Source: Elusimicrobiota bacterium (GTDB lineage Bacteria; Elusimicrobiota; Elusimicrobia; UBA1565; UBA9628). From it: 64,000 bases of DNA. The position numbers and the translations under genes were made by a program. The DNA lies in assembly GCA_003452935.1 (NCBI GenBank), contig DMMY01000005.1, positions 57,858 to 121,857 on the forward strand, written 5' to 3'. Under the pieces are notes generated by a model. That model saw only the letters and a program-made list of their open reading frames with translations, ran no database searches and was not told where the DNA came from. Shown here one piece after another: positions 1 to 7,478 of this stretch (its first letter is position 1; every line of letters starts with the position of its first letter).

Positions 1-158
1 CCGAAATGTATTTGAGGAATATGAGCCCTAAAGCCACATGCTTATAATCGCCGGGGTTCATGTGCCCGCGCATCTTGTCCGCGGCCTGCCAAAGCTTTTC
101 CTCGAAACCCAGGTTGGCCCCGTTGTTCTTCTCTGCGGCGATCTTTCCTCGTGCCATA

Positions 159-368
159 TCAAGCCCTCTGGTACTTCAAGTCCTTGGCCTTCATCACTTC
201 GCTACGGATAAAAAGCCAGGACGCGCCGCCGGCCTTCATCCACGGCTTGATCCGGCCGCGTTCCATCCACGCATAAAGGGTTTGACGGGTGATCTGCAGC
301 AAGTCGCAGACCTCCGGCGTCGTCACGACCTCATCACGGGCGATCATTCGTGCGCTCATAGAGTCCAT
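159..368 (-). CDS. Small helix-turn-helix DNA-binding protein, AlpA/excisionase-like (HTH_17-type)
   Basis: 69-aa ORF whose central segment TTPEVCDLLQITRQTLYAWMERGRIKP looks like a MerR/excisionase-type HTH. It reads more naturally than the overlapping plus-strand ORF 60..371, which is Pro/Arg/Ala-rich. Confidence 0.45.
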   Translation of the reverse strand: MDSMSARMIARDEVVTTPEVCDLLQITRQTLYAWMERGRIKPWMKAGGASWLFIRSEVMKAKDLKYQRA

Positions 369-503
369 TAGGCCATAAATTTACTGCGCTGTCAAAAATT
401 GGCCAATCCCTCGTCGGAGAAATAACCATTTAAACGCTTTGTGGACTCCACGCGAAGGCCGCGGTAAACTATCAGTGACAGGATTCGAACCGGTGCCAGA
501 GGC

Positions 504-878
504 TTATGAGCCTTCAGGCCATTTCGCTCTAAGATCCCGGTCCGAAAACCCGAAGTGGTGCGCCAGTTCATGGCGCAGGGTGAGCTGAATTTGGCGCTTG
601 AGCTCCTCGCGGCCCTGGCAAAGGGATTCGATGTTGCGCTGGTAAAGCACGATGCGCGCGGGCTCGGCGGTCGGCGCCAGGGGGCCGGTCATGCCGCCGC
701 GTGACAAGCCCTGGTACAAGCCGAGCAATGACCTTGAGCCCCGCCATTTCCCGGCTTCCCGGCCCGGGACCGCGCGCACGGATATCTCCAGGTTCACGAT
801 CAAATCCCGGAATTGGCGGGGTATGGCCTTCAAGGCGGCTTCGGCCAGACGCTCGAATTCGCCCCTGGACGTTCGCAT
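504..878 (-). CDS. Zincin-like metallopeptidase family protein (HExxH-type motif HELAHHFG)
   Basis: 124-aa ORF with a C-terminal HELAHHFGFSD motif typical of small zincin-fold putative metallopeptidases. The overlapping plus-strand ORFs are low-complexity. Confidence 0.5.
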   Translation of the reverse strand: MRTSRGEFERLAEAALKAIPRQFRDLIVNLEISVRAVPGREAGKWRGSRSLLGLYQGLSRGGMTGPLAPTAEPARIVLYQRNIESLCQGREELKRQIQLTLRHELAHHFGFSDRDLRAKWPEGS

Positions 879-882
879 GGCG

Positions 883-1584
883 TTATCTTTTCAATAAGAT
901 GCGCGCCATGAGAACGGCGTGGCGCCAAAGCTCCCGCGGCGCGTTGAGCTTGGAGGCGCCTTGCCGACGACGGCCGAGTCTGGCCGGGACCTCGGCCACG
1001 GACATTCCCGCGGCCAGGAAGCGCGCCGCGATCTCGGCGTTGATCTCAAAGCCCTCGCTGCGCAGGCGAAGCTTGCGCAGGGCCGCGGCGCGATAGAGGC
1101 GGAAAATCGGGGTGTAGGCCGTGAGCTGCCGGCCGCAAAGGACGCGGTAGAGCGCGTTGATCAACGCGCTCGGCAGGCGGCGGCGCCAGGCCACCTCCGC
1201 CGAACCCTCCGGGGTCAAAAACGGCGAGCCGGCCACGAGGTCGGCTCCGGTCTCGCGCTGGCGCTCGAGCAGGGCCCGGATCTGGGAGGGATGAAAGCTC
1301 ATGTCCGCGTCCAGGGCCACGATCCAGTCTCCCTCGGCCGCGGCAAAGCCGGTGCGCAAAGCCGCGCCCAGGCCGCGGTTGCGGTCGTGGGAAACGGATT
1401 TTATCCCGGGCCGTTCGCCCGCGAGGGTGAGCAGAACGTCCGCGGTCTCGTCCTCCGAGCCGTCGTTGACGACGATCACTTCATGGCGCAGACCCAGCTC
1501 GTCGAGGGCCGGCAGCAGCTTCTCGGCGAAGAGAGACACGGAGCCGGCTTCGTTGCGGCAGGGGATTACGACCGAGAGGAGCAC
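883..1584 (-). CDS. Family 2 glycosyltransferase, polyprenol-phosphate sugar transferase-like (DPM1/ArnC-like)
   Basis: Starts VVIPCRNEAGSV, followed by VIVVNDGSEDET and DADMSFHP (the DXD region); 233 aa with no long C-terminal extension. This is the typical layout of polyprenyl-phosphate glycosyltransferases. Confidence 0.8.
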   Translation of the reverse strand: MLLSVVIPCRNEAGSVSLFAEKLLPALDELGLRHEVIVVNDGSEDETADVLLTLAGERPGIKSVSHDRNRGLGAALRTGFAAAEGDWIVALDADMSFHPSQIRALLERQRETGADLVAGSPFLTPEGSAEVAWRRRLPSALINALYRVLCGRQLTAYTPIFRLYRAAALRKLRLRSEGFEINAEIAARFLAAGMSVAEVPARLGRRRQGASKLNAPRELWRHAVLMARILLKR

Positions 1585-1589
1585 GGACT

Positions 1590-2534
1590 CTACGCCGAGC
1601 GGGCCGCCGACGGCTTGAAAAACTCGATGGTGCGGCGCAGTCCTTCCTCCAGGCTGACCTCGGGTTTCCAGCGCAGCTTGGATTGGGCCACGCGGATATC
1701 GGGCCGGCGCACCTTGGGATCGTCCTCGGGCAGGGGTTTGCGCGCGATGCGGGACTTGGAGTCCGTGAGCTTGATGATGGTGCGGGCGATTTCCAGGATG
1801 GTGAGCTCGTGGGGGTTGCCGATGTTGACCGGGGCGTTGATGTCCGAGTTGAGCAGCAGGCCGATGCCCCGCACAAGGTCAGACACGTAGCACAGGCTGC
1901 GGGTCTGCGAGCCGTTGCCGTAGACGGTCAGGGGCCGGTCCTTGAGCGCTTGGGTGATGAAGTTGGGCACGGCCCGGCCGTCGTTGAGGCGCATGCGCGG
2001 GCCATAGGTGTTGAATATGCGCACGATGCGCACCGGGATGCGGTGGAAGCGGTGGTAGGCCATGGCCATGGCCTCGGCGAAGCGCTTGGCTTCGTCATAG
2101 ACGCCGCGCGGGCCTATGGGATTGACGTTGCCCCAGTAGGTCTCGGGCTGCGGGTTGATTTTCGGGTCGCCGTAGACTTCCGACGTGGAGGCCAGCATGA
2201 AGACCGCCCCCTTGTCCTTGGCCAGGCCCAGGGCCTTATGCGTGCCCAAAGCGCCGACCTTGAGGGTGGGAATGGGGAAGTGGGCGTAATCTATGGGGCT
2301 GGCCGGGCTGGCGAAATGGAGCACCGCGTCGAGCTTGCCCGGGACATGGATGTAGTTGGTCACGTCCGCCTTGATGAAACAGAAGCCCGGATTGGAGAAG
2401 AGGTGGGAGATGTTGTCGAGAGAGCCGGTGAGGAGGTTGTCTATGACGATGACCTGGTGGCCTTGGCCCAGGAAATGGTCGGCCAAATGGCTGCCTAAAA
2501 AGCCCGCCCCCCCCGTGATCAGGATTCGCATCAC
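1590..2534 (-). CDS. UDP-glucuronate decarboxylase (UDP-xylose synthase), NAD-dependent SDR
   Basis: Begins [16 protein letters not shown] (Rossmann fold). Carries [45 protein letters not shown] and [11 protein letters not shown], which are near-identical to the conserved blocks of UXS enzymes. Its stop overlaps the ugd start (2531-2534). Confidence 0.85.
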   Translation of the reverse strand: MMRILITGGAGFLGSHLADHFLGQGHQVIVIDNLLTGSLDNISHLFSNPGFCFIKADVTNYIHVPGKLDAVLHFASPASPIDYAHFPIPTLKVGALGTHKALGLAKDKGAVFMLASTSEVYGDPKINPQPETYWGNVNPIGPRGVYDEAKRFAEAMAMAYHRFHRIPVRIVRIFNTYGPRMRLNDGRAVPNFITQALKDRPLTVYGNGSQTRSLCYVSDLVRGIGLLLNSDINAPVNIGNPHELTILEIARTIIKLTDSKSRIARKPLPEDDPKVRRPDIRVAQSKLRWKPEVSLEEGLRRTIEFFKPSAARSA

Positions 2535-3850
2535 GGCCGACCCACGCTGCAGTAAGTGAAGCCGGCGCCGCGCATTTGCCCGGCGTCGTAGAAGTTCCTG
2601 CCGTCCAGGATGATCGGGTTGCGCAGGACGCGGCGCAGGCGCTTAAGGTCCAGGGACCTGAACTCCTCCCATTCCGTGAGCAGCGCCAGGGCGTCGGAGC
2701 CTTTGGCGCAATCGTAGGGATCGCGGCAGAAAACCACTCCTTTCATGGCCGGCAGGGCCTTGGCGTTGGGCATGGCCACGGGGTCGTAGGCGCGCAAGCG
2801 CACGCCGCGGTCCTTGAGTTGGCGCACGATATCAACGCTGGGGGCGAAGCGCATGTCGTCCGTGTTGGGTTTAAACGCCAAGCCCAGCAAGGCCACGGTC
2901 TTGCCCTCGAGGTTCCATAGGTTTTCCTCGACCTTGCGCATGACCCAGGTCTTGGCGAACTCGTTGATGTCCTTGACGTTCTTCAAGAGCTGGAAGTCGT
3001 AGCCTTTCTGCTTGCTGATCCAATAAAACGCCTCCAGATCCTTGGGGAAGCAGAACCCGCCGAACCCCAGCCCCGGCCGCAGGAACATGTTCCCGATGCG
3101 GTGGTCGAGGCCCATGCCCTTGGCGACCAGGGCCACGTCGGCTCCCACCTTCTCGCAGACCGCGGCCACGGCATTGATATAGGATATCTTGGTGGCCAGG
3201 AAGGAGTTGGAGGCGTGCTTGATGATTTCGGCGCTCTTGACGTCGGTGACGAGGACGGGCGCCTTGATGCCGGCGTAGACCTTTCGCATCAGGGCCTCGG
3301 CTCGCGGCGAGGTCACGCCGAAGACCACGCGGTCGGGCTTGAGAAAATCGTCGACCGCCGTGCCTTCGGCGAGAAATTCGGGATTGGAGACCACGTCGAA
3401 GGGGACCGCGCCCTTGTTGAAGCGGGCTACGGTCTTGCAGACCCATTCTCCCGTCTCCACGGGTACGGTGGACTTGTCCACGAGCACCGTATACTCGCGC
3501 ATGTTCTTGGCCACGGCTTCGGCCACGGCCTCCACGGCCGAGAGGTCCGCCGATCCATCCGCCCGAGGCGGGGTTCCCACGGCGATGAAGACGACCTGGG
3601 CGCGGCGCCCCTTGTGGTTCATTCCCTCAGTGACGGAGCCCACGAAGCAGAGCCGGCCTTCCTTAATGTTGCGGTAAAAGAGCTTGTCCAGTCCGGGCTC
3701 GTAGATGGGAATTTTCTTGGCGCGCAGAGCCTTGAGCTTGCGCGGGTCGGAATCTACGCACACGACATGGTGGCCGAGCTCTGCCAGGCAGGTCCCGGTC
3801 ACTAGACCGACGTAGCCAGCGCCTACTACGCAAATATTGAACTTTTCCAT
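2531..3850 (-). CDS. ugd: UDP-glucose 6-dehydrogenase
   Basis: N-terminal [14 protein letters not shown] (NAD-binding), a catalytic-Cys motif [10 protein letters not shown], and a C-terminal UDP-binding domain; 439 aa. Confidence 0.9.
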   Translation of the reverse strand: MEKFNICVVGAGYVGLVTGTCLAELGHHVVCVDSDPRKLKALRAKKIPIYEPGLDKLFYRNIKEGRLCFVGSVTEGMNHKGRRAQVVFIAVGTPPRADGSADLSAVEAVAEAVAKNMREYTVLVDKSTVPVETGEWVCKTVARFNKGAVPFDVVSNPEFLAEGTAVDDFLKPDRVVFGVTSPRAEALMRKVYAGIKAPVLVTDVKSAEIIKHASNSFLATKISYINAVAAVCEKVGADVALVAKGMGLDHRIGNMFLRPGLGFGGFCFPKDLEAFYWISKQKGYDFQLLKNVKDINEFAKTWVMRKVEENLWNLEGKTVALLGLAFKPNTDDMRFAPSVDIVRQLKDRGVRLRAYDPVAMPNAKALPAMKGVVFCRDPYDCAKGSDALALLTEWEEFRSLDLKRLRRVLRNPIILDGRNFYDAGQMRGAGFTYCSVGRP

Positions 3851-4102
3851 TGGGAGCTATAGATTTTCTCAAAAAATGACTGGTATTTCAAGCAGAAGAA
3901 GGAGCGCGCGGCGCCTACTGGTAAGGGGCGCCGGATCCGTTGGGGCGGCCGTGTCTTGTTGTCATTGCCCGTTGTAAACCAAAGTTTTTATTGTAAAATC
4001 AAGGAACCATGGAGCTTGGCGCCAAATTCCGCGATGGTTCGGCACGCATGGGCATCCTGGGCATGGGTGATGTGGGTTTATCCCGGGTGGTTCGTCTCTG
4101 AA

Positions 4103-5974
4103 ATGACTGATCCCCAATACGCCGCTTTTGAGCGTCTGTCCATGGACGTCCTTCAATGGCTCGCCAAGACCTTAGGACAGATGAGTCTTTATAAGGTGGG
4201 GCATCCCGCCGTGGCCGCTACCCTGCAGCTGGCGGAAAAGCACCTCCGCGAAGCCCTGTCCCAGACCGATGGCGAGCTGACTTTCTCCATGGACCAGGGC
4301 AAGTGGCTGGTTAACGGCCGCATTATAGGCTCCACGAGCCAGACGCCGCGTTCGATTTCCGGTATTTTCAGCCGCTTCAAGCTGACCAGCATCACCTTCA
4401 AGGCCGGCGTCGCTAATGCGGAATTGGTGGCCTTTTGCGAACTGGCGGCCATGCGCCAGGACGCTCCCCAGGCCGGTGATCCTAAAGGGTATCTGGCCGC
4501 GCGTGGAGTCGAGAATATCTGCTTCAATGAGGCCGTTTACGCGAAGATGGACGCCGCCATGGCCAACCCGGCCGGCCAGCCTGAGGCCGCGTCAGAGGCG
4601 CCGGCCGCGGCGTCTGGCCCCGCGCCCGCGGCCGTAGAGCCTGTCGAGGCCGGGACCCTTAACCTGGAGGGCGTTTCATTGGAGGAAGCCATCCAGAGCC
4701 TGGTCACTCGAGCCGTGCCGCGGCCCGAGCACAGGGCGGATGTGATCGACCGGGTCATGCAACTGGTGTCGGAGGACATTCAGCGCCGGGTGGCTGAGGT
4801 GACAAAAACCCTGCGCCAGGAGAAAAATGTCCTCCAAAACGAGCAAACGCGGACCCAGGCCGTTCTTGAGAACATGGTCGAGGGCGTCGTGGTGGTCGAC
4901 GATCAAGGCAAGATCCTCATGATGAACCCCGCCGCCGAACAGATTTACGGCGTGACCTTGTCGCAGGCCGCGGGACAGCCCTTGGCTGAAAAGGCCGGAG
5001 AGGAGCATTTGGTCACCTTGGCGGCGGAGCTTACCACGCCGGCGGAACGGGAGATCGGCAAGGAGGTGCGGGTCAAGGCCCTTGATGAGACCCGCAGAAC
5101 CTTGATGTCCGCCGGGGCCGTGGTGCAAAACGAGGCCGGCAAGGTCGTGGGCATGGTCTCCAGCCTTCCGGACGTGGCCAAGCATAAGGCGCTGCAGAGG
5201 ATGCAGCGCGACTTCGTGGCCCACGTGACCCATGAACTGCGCGCGCCGCTCTCCTCCATCCGCGCGGCCTTGGAGATACTTGAGGGGCAATTCGCGGGCA
5301 AGCTCAAGGCGGATGAGGAGAAGATGCTCGGCACCGCGCTCAAGAACTCCGACCGCCTCGCCGACATGATCAGCAGCATCCTGGATTTCTCCAAGATCGA
5401 GTCGGGGCAGATGACGGTCGCGCCCCGGGCGGCCAACGCGGAAAAGCTGGCTCGCGAGGCGGTGGAAAGCGTGTCGCCCTGGGCTTCCCGCAAACGGCTG
5501 GGCCTTTCCCTTTCCGTGGTCCCGGGCCTGCCGCCGATCCGGGCGGATGAGAAACGAACCATCCAGGTGCTCATCAACTTGCTCTCCAACGCCATCAAAT
5601 TCACCCCGGCCGGGGGCAGCGTGACCGTGGCCCTGGCTTTCGCCCGGGAGTCGCCGGATAAGTTCGTCGAATTTTCCGTGACCGACACCGGCCCCGGCAT
5701 CGCCAAGGCCGACCAAAAAAAGATATTCGAGAAGTTCGTCCAGATCGCGGCCGGGGAGATGCAGACCGGCGGCACGGGGCTCGGGCTTTCCATCGCCAAG
5801 GCCTTGGCGCATTTGCAGGGCGGCAAGCTCTGGGTGGATAGCGACGAGGGCAAGGGCGCGCGGTTTGCCTTCACCTTGCCGGTTTATGTCGCGCCGCGGG
5901 AGGAAACGGGTCTGGCCCGGCCCGGCGCGAAGAGCGCCTTGCCTTGGTGGAAAAAGATGTTCGGCCTGAAATAG
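4103..5974 (+). CDS. PAS-domain sensor histidine kinase (HisKA + HATPase_c)
   Basis: H-box HELRAPLSSIRAALEIL, N-box LINLLSNAIKFT, G-boxes VTDTGPGI and GGTGLGLSIAK, with a central PAS-like region (VVVVDDQGKILMMNPAAEQIYG). The track ORF starts at a TTG at 3956, but codon 1-49 GC3 is low and AT-rich. The ATG at 4103 is where coding-like GC3 begins, so it is preferred as the start. Confidence 0.8.
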   Translation: MTDPQYAAFERLSMDVLQWLAKTLGQMSLYKVGHPAVAATLQLAEKHLREALSQTDGELTFSMDQGKWLVNGRIIGSTSQTPRSISGIFSRFKLTSITFKAGVANAELVAFCELAAMRQDAPQAGDPKGYLAARGVENICFNEAVYAKMDAAMANPAGQPEAASEAPAAASGPAPAAVEPVEAGTLNLEGVSLEEAIQSLVTRAVPRPEHRADVIDRVMQLVSEDIQRRVAEVTKTLRQEKNVLQNEQTRTQAVLENMVEGVVVVDDQGKILMMNPAAEQIYGVTLSQAAGQPLAEKAGEEHLVTLAAELTTPAEREIGKEVRVKALDETRRTLMSAGAVVQNEAGKVVGMVSSLPDVAKHKALQRMQRDFVAHVTHELRAPLSSIRAALEILEGQFAGKLKADEEKMLGTALKNSDRLADMISSILDFSKIESGQMTVAPRAANAEKLAREAVESVSPWASRKRLGLSLSVVPGLPPIRADEKRTIQVLINLLSNAIKFTPAGGSVTVALAFARESPDKFVEFSVTDTGPGIAKADQKKIFEKFVQIAAGEMQTGGTGLGLSIAKALAHLQGGKLWVDSDEGKGARFAFTLPVYVAPREETGLARPGAKSALPWWKKMFGLK

Positions 5975-5983
5975 TCCCCAGGG

Positions 5984-6637
5984 CTAAATTTTTACCGTCG
6001 GCCCCATCCTGAGGAATTCGGACGAGACTTTTTTCCAACGCTTGAGCACCGCGGGGTCCTGGGGCGGCAGGCGTTCCACCATGGAAATCGCGGGATTCTT
6101 GCCGGGTTTCTCGGAATTCCTTCCGGAGCGCACCCAAGAGCTGTGCTTGACCGCGAGCAGCTCGCCGTCGAGGGAAACGGTATATTCGTATTGCTCGACC
6201 GTTTCATTGCCCGAGGGCAAAGGCGCGACAGTCTCCTCAAAGCCGGTCAAGGCGATAAAAGAGCGCCGGTGCAGGGCGTATGCGGAAACGAGACCTTGTT
6301 TGGACTGGGCGGCCAGCTTTTGATCGTTGCTTTCTATCAATGTAACCCGCAGAGTTTTCGTGCTGCCGTTTTTATTTTTTTGGGTCAGTTCATGGCTGGG
6401 TCCGACCCATTTCTCAGATCCAGGTTCAACTTTTGCAAACTGAGATCCGTTCATCGCCAGATTCTCGAATAGTCGATCCACGACCTTCCGGTCCACGGCC
6501 GCGGGAGCCAGCTTGTTCTTGAAATCGTTGATGGATGACTGGGCCTGAGGGAACTGGTCGAGGCTCATTGGAAATGCCGCGGCCGATATGGGGCAGAGCG
6601 CGAGAGCGACGGCCAGATGGATTGTCTTCATGCCCAT
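5984..6637 (-). CDS. Hypothetical secreted protein (signal peptide MKTIHLAVALALCPISAAAF)
   Basis: ORF 5984..6682 with an internal MGMKTIHL start followed by a classic signal peptide. No recognisable catalytic motif. Lower GC than its neighbours. Confidence 0.4.
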   Translation of the reverse strand: MGMKTIHLAVALALCPISAAAFPMSLDQFPQAQSSINDFKNKLAPAAVDRKVVDRLFENLAMNGSQFAKVEPGSEKWVGPSHELTQKNKNGSTKTLRVTLIESNDQKLAAQSKQGLVSAYALHRRSFIALTGFEETVAPLPSGNETVEQYEYTVSLDGELLAVKHSSWVRSGRNSEKPGKNPAISMVERLPPQDPAVLKRWKKVSSEFLRMGPTVKI

Positions 6638-6702
6638 AGGGTAGCCCGAGTTCTTTCGTGTCCCCAGTGTCCTTGGGCCCATAAGCCTGCCGGCCTAAGG
6701 GC

Positions 6703-7446
6703 CTATTTGCCTGGTGGAGGCGCGCCGGCGAACAGAGTTTGGCGCGCCAGCACGAAGGCGTTGACCTCAGCCGCGCCGGCCCGGCGCAGGGCGCGGCCGC
6801 ACTCCTCAAGGGAAGTTCCGGACGTGCAGACGTCGTCTATGAGCAGCAGCCGCCGATTACGGGCCTGGGGCCGGGCCGCGAAGGCTCCGGACAGGTTGAG
6901 AAGGCGGGAATCCCGGTCCAGGTCCCATTGCGGCCGGGTGGAAACGGTCCTCTTCAGCAGGTTTAAGACCGGCAGCCCGGCCTCGGCCCCGAGAGCTTCA
7001 GCCAGAATCTCGGCCTGGTTATAGCCCCGTTGGCGCAGCTTGCGCCAGTGCAGGGGCACCGCAACCAAGGCTTCGGCGCCGGCCAGCTCCGGAAACCGGC
7101 ATAGATGCCGCGCCATCCAGCGTCCCGCCGCGCGCGCCGCGTCTTTTCGGCCGCGGTACTTAAAGCCGTGGATCAGCGCGGGCATCGGCCCGCGATAAAA
7201 GAACGCGGCTCGGATCAGCCGGCAGGCGAAGGGCCGGCCGGCGCAGGAGCGGCAAAGAAGTCGCCCCGCGGACATCGGCTCGCAGCAGCGCAGGCAGTAC
7301 GGAGGCTCGCAAGCGGCCAAGCCGCGCGAACAGTCCGGACAGAGGGACTGCGGCCAGCGGGCGGCAAGGTCTTGGCGGCAGTGCGCGCAGGTTTGAGGCA
7401 GCAGACATCGGCCGGCCAGAGCGGCAAGCGTCGCGAATATGCCCAC
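6703..7446 (-). CDS. comF: ComF family protein (double zinc-ribbon + phosphoribosyltransferase domain)
   Basis: N-terminal Cys pairs CAHC...CPDC...CLRC...CRSC and a C-terminal PRTase motif LLLIDDVCTSGTSL. Confidence 0.75.
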   Translation of the reverse strand: MGIFATLAALAGRCLLPQTCAHCRQDLAARWPQSLCPDCSRGLAACEPPYCLRCCEPMSAGRLLCRSCAGRPFACRLIRAAFFYRGPMPALIHGFKYRGRKDAARAAGRWMARHLCRFPELAGAEALVAVPLHWRKLRQRGYNQAEILAEALGAEAGLPVLNLLKRTVSTRPQWDLDRDSRLLNLSGAFAARPQARNRRLLLIDDVCTSGTSLEECGRALRRAGAAEVNAFVLARQTLFAGAPPPGK

Positions 7447-7478
7447 CTAGTCCTTACGAGCCGGACTTGAAAAAGTTC

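Noticed and set aside
60-371. Plus-strand ORF 60..371 (103 aa)
   Set aside because: Pro/Arg/Ala-rich and overlaps the minus-strand 69-aa ORF almost completely. The minus-strand ORF contains a recognisable HTH (LLQITRQTLYAWMERGRI), so it is the likelier gene.
481-560. Intact tRNA gene on the minus strand around the GGATTCGAACC block
   Set aside because: No acceptor-stem complement follows the T-arm-like block, and no 5-bp anticodon stem with a 7-nt loop could be formed from the flanks (I tested aggc/gcct and gaagg/gcctc pairings). The block also overlaps the 3' end of the 504..878 CDS. It is kept only as a possible tRNA-fragment/att remnant.
3956-4102. TTG at 3956 as the histidine kinase start (track ORF 3956..5974)
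   Set aside because: The first 49 codons have AT-rich third positions unlike the rest of the gene, lack a Shine-Dalgarno, and would cross a candidate promoter or uORF region. The ATG at 4103 is preferred, but 3956 cannot be excluded without N-terminal data.
4676-5874. Minus-strand ORFs 4676..5812 (378 aa) and 4945..5874 (309 aa) inside the histidine kinase gene
   Set aside because: Antisense to a gene with a complete H-box, N-box and G-boxes. The translations are low-complexity (Gly/Arg/Leu/His or Ser/Ala/Pro-rich).
5960-6000. Rho-independent terminator after the histidine kinase gene (CCCCaGGG followed by ctaaaTTTTT)
   Set aside because: The stem is only 3-4 bp with a 1-nt loop, which is thermodynamically implausible as an intrinsic terminator. 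The T-run may be incidental in an AT-richer convergent gap.
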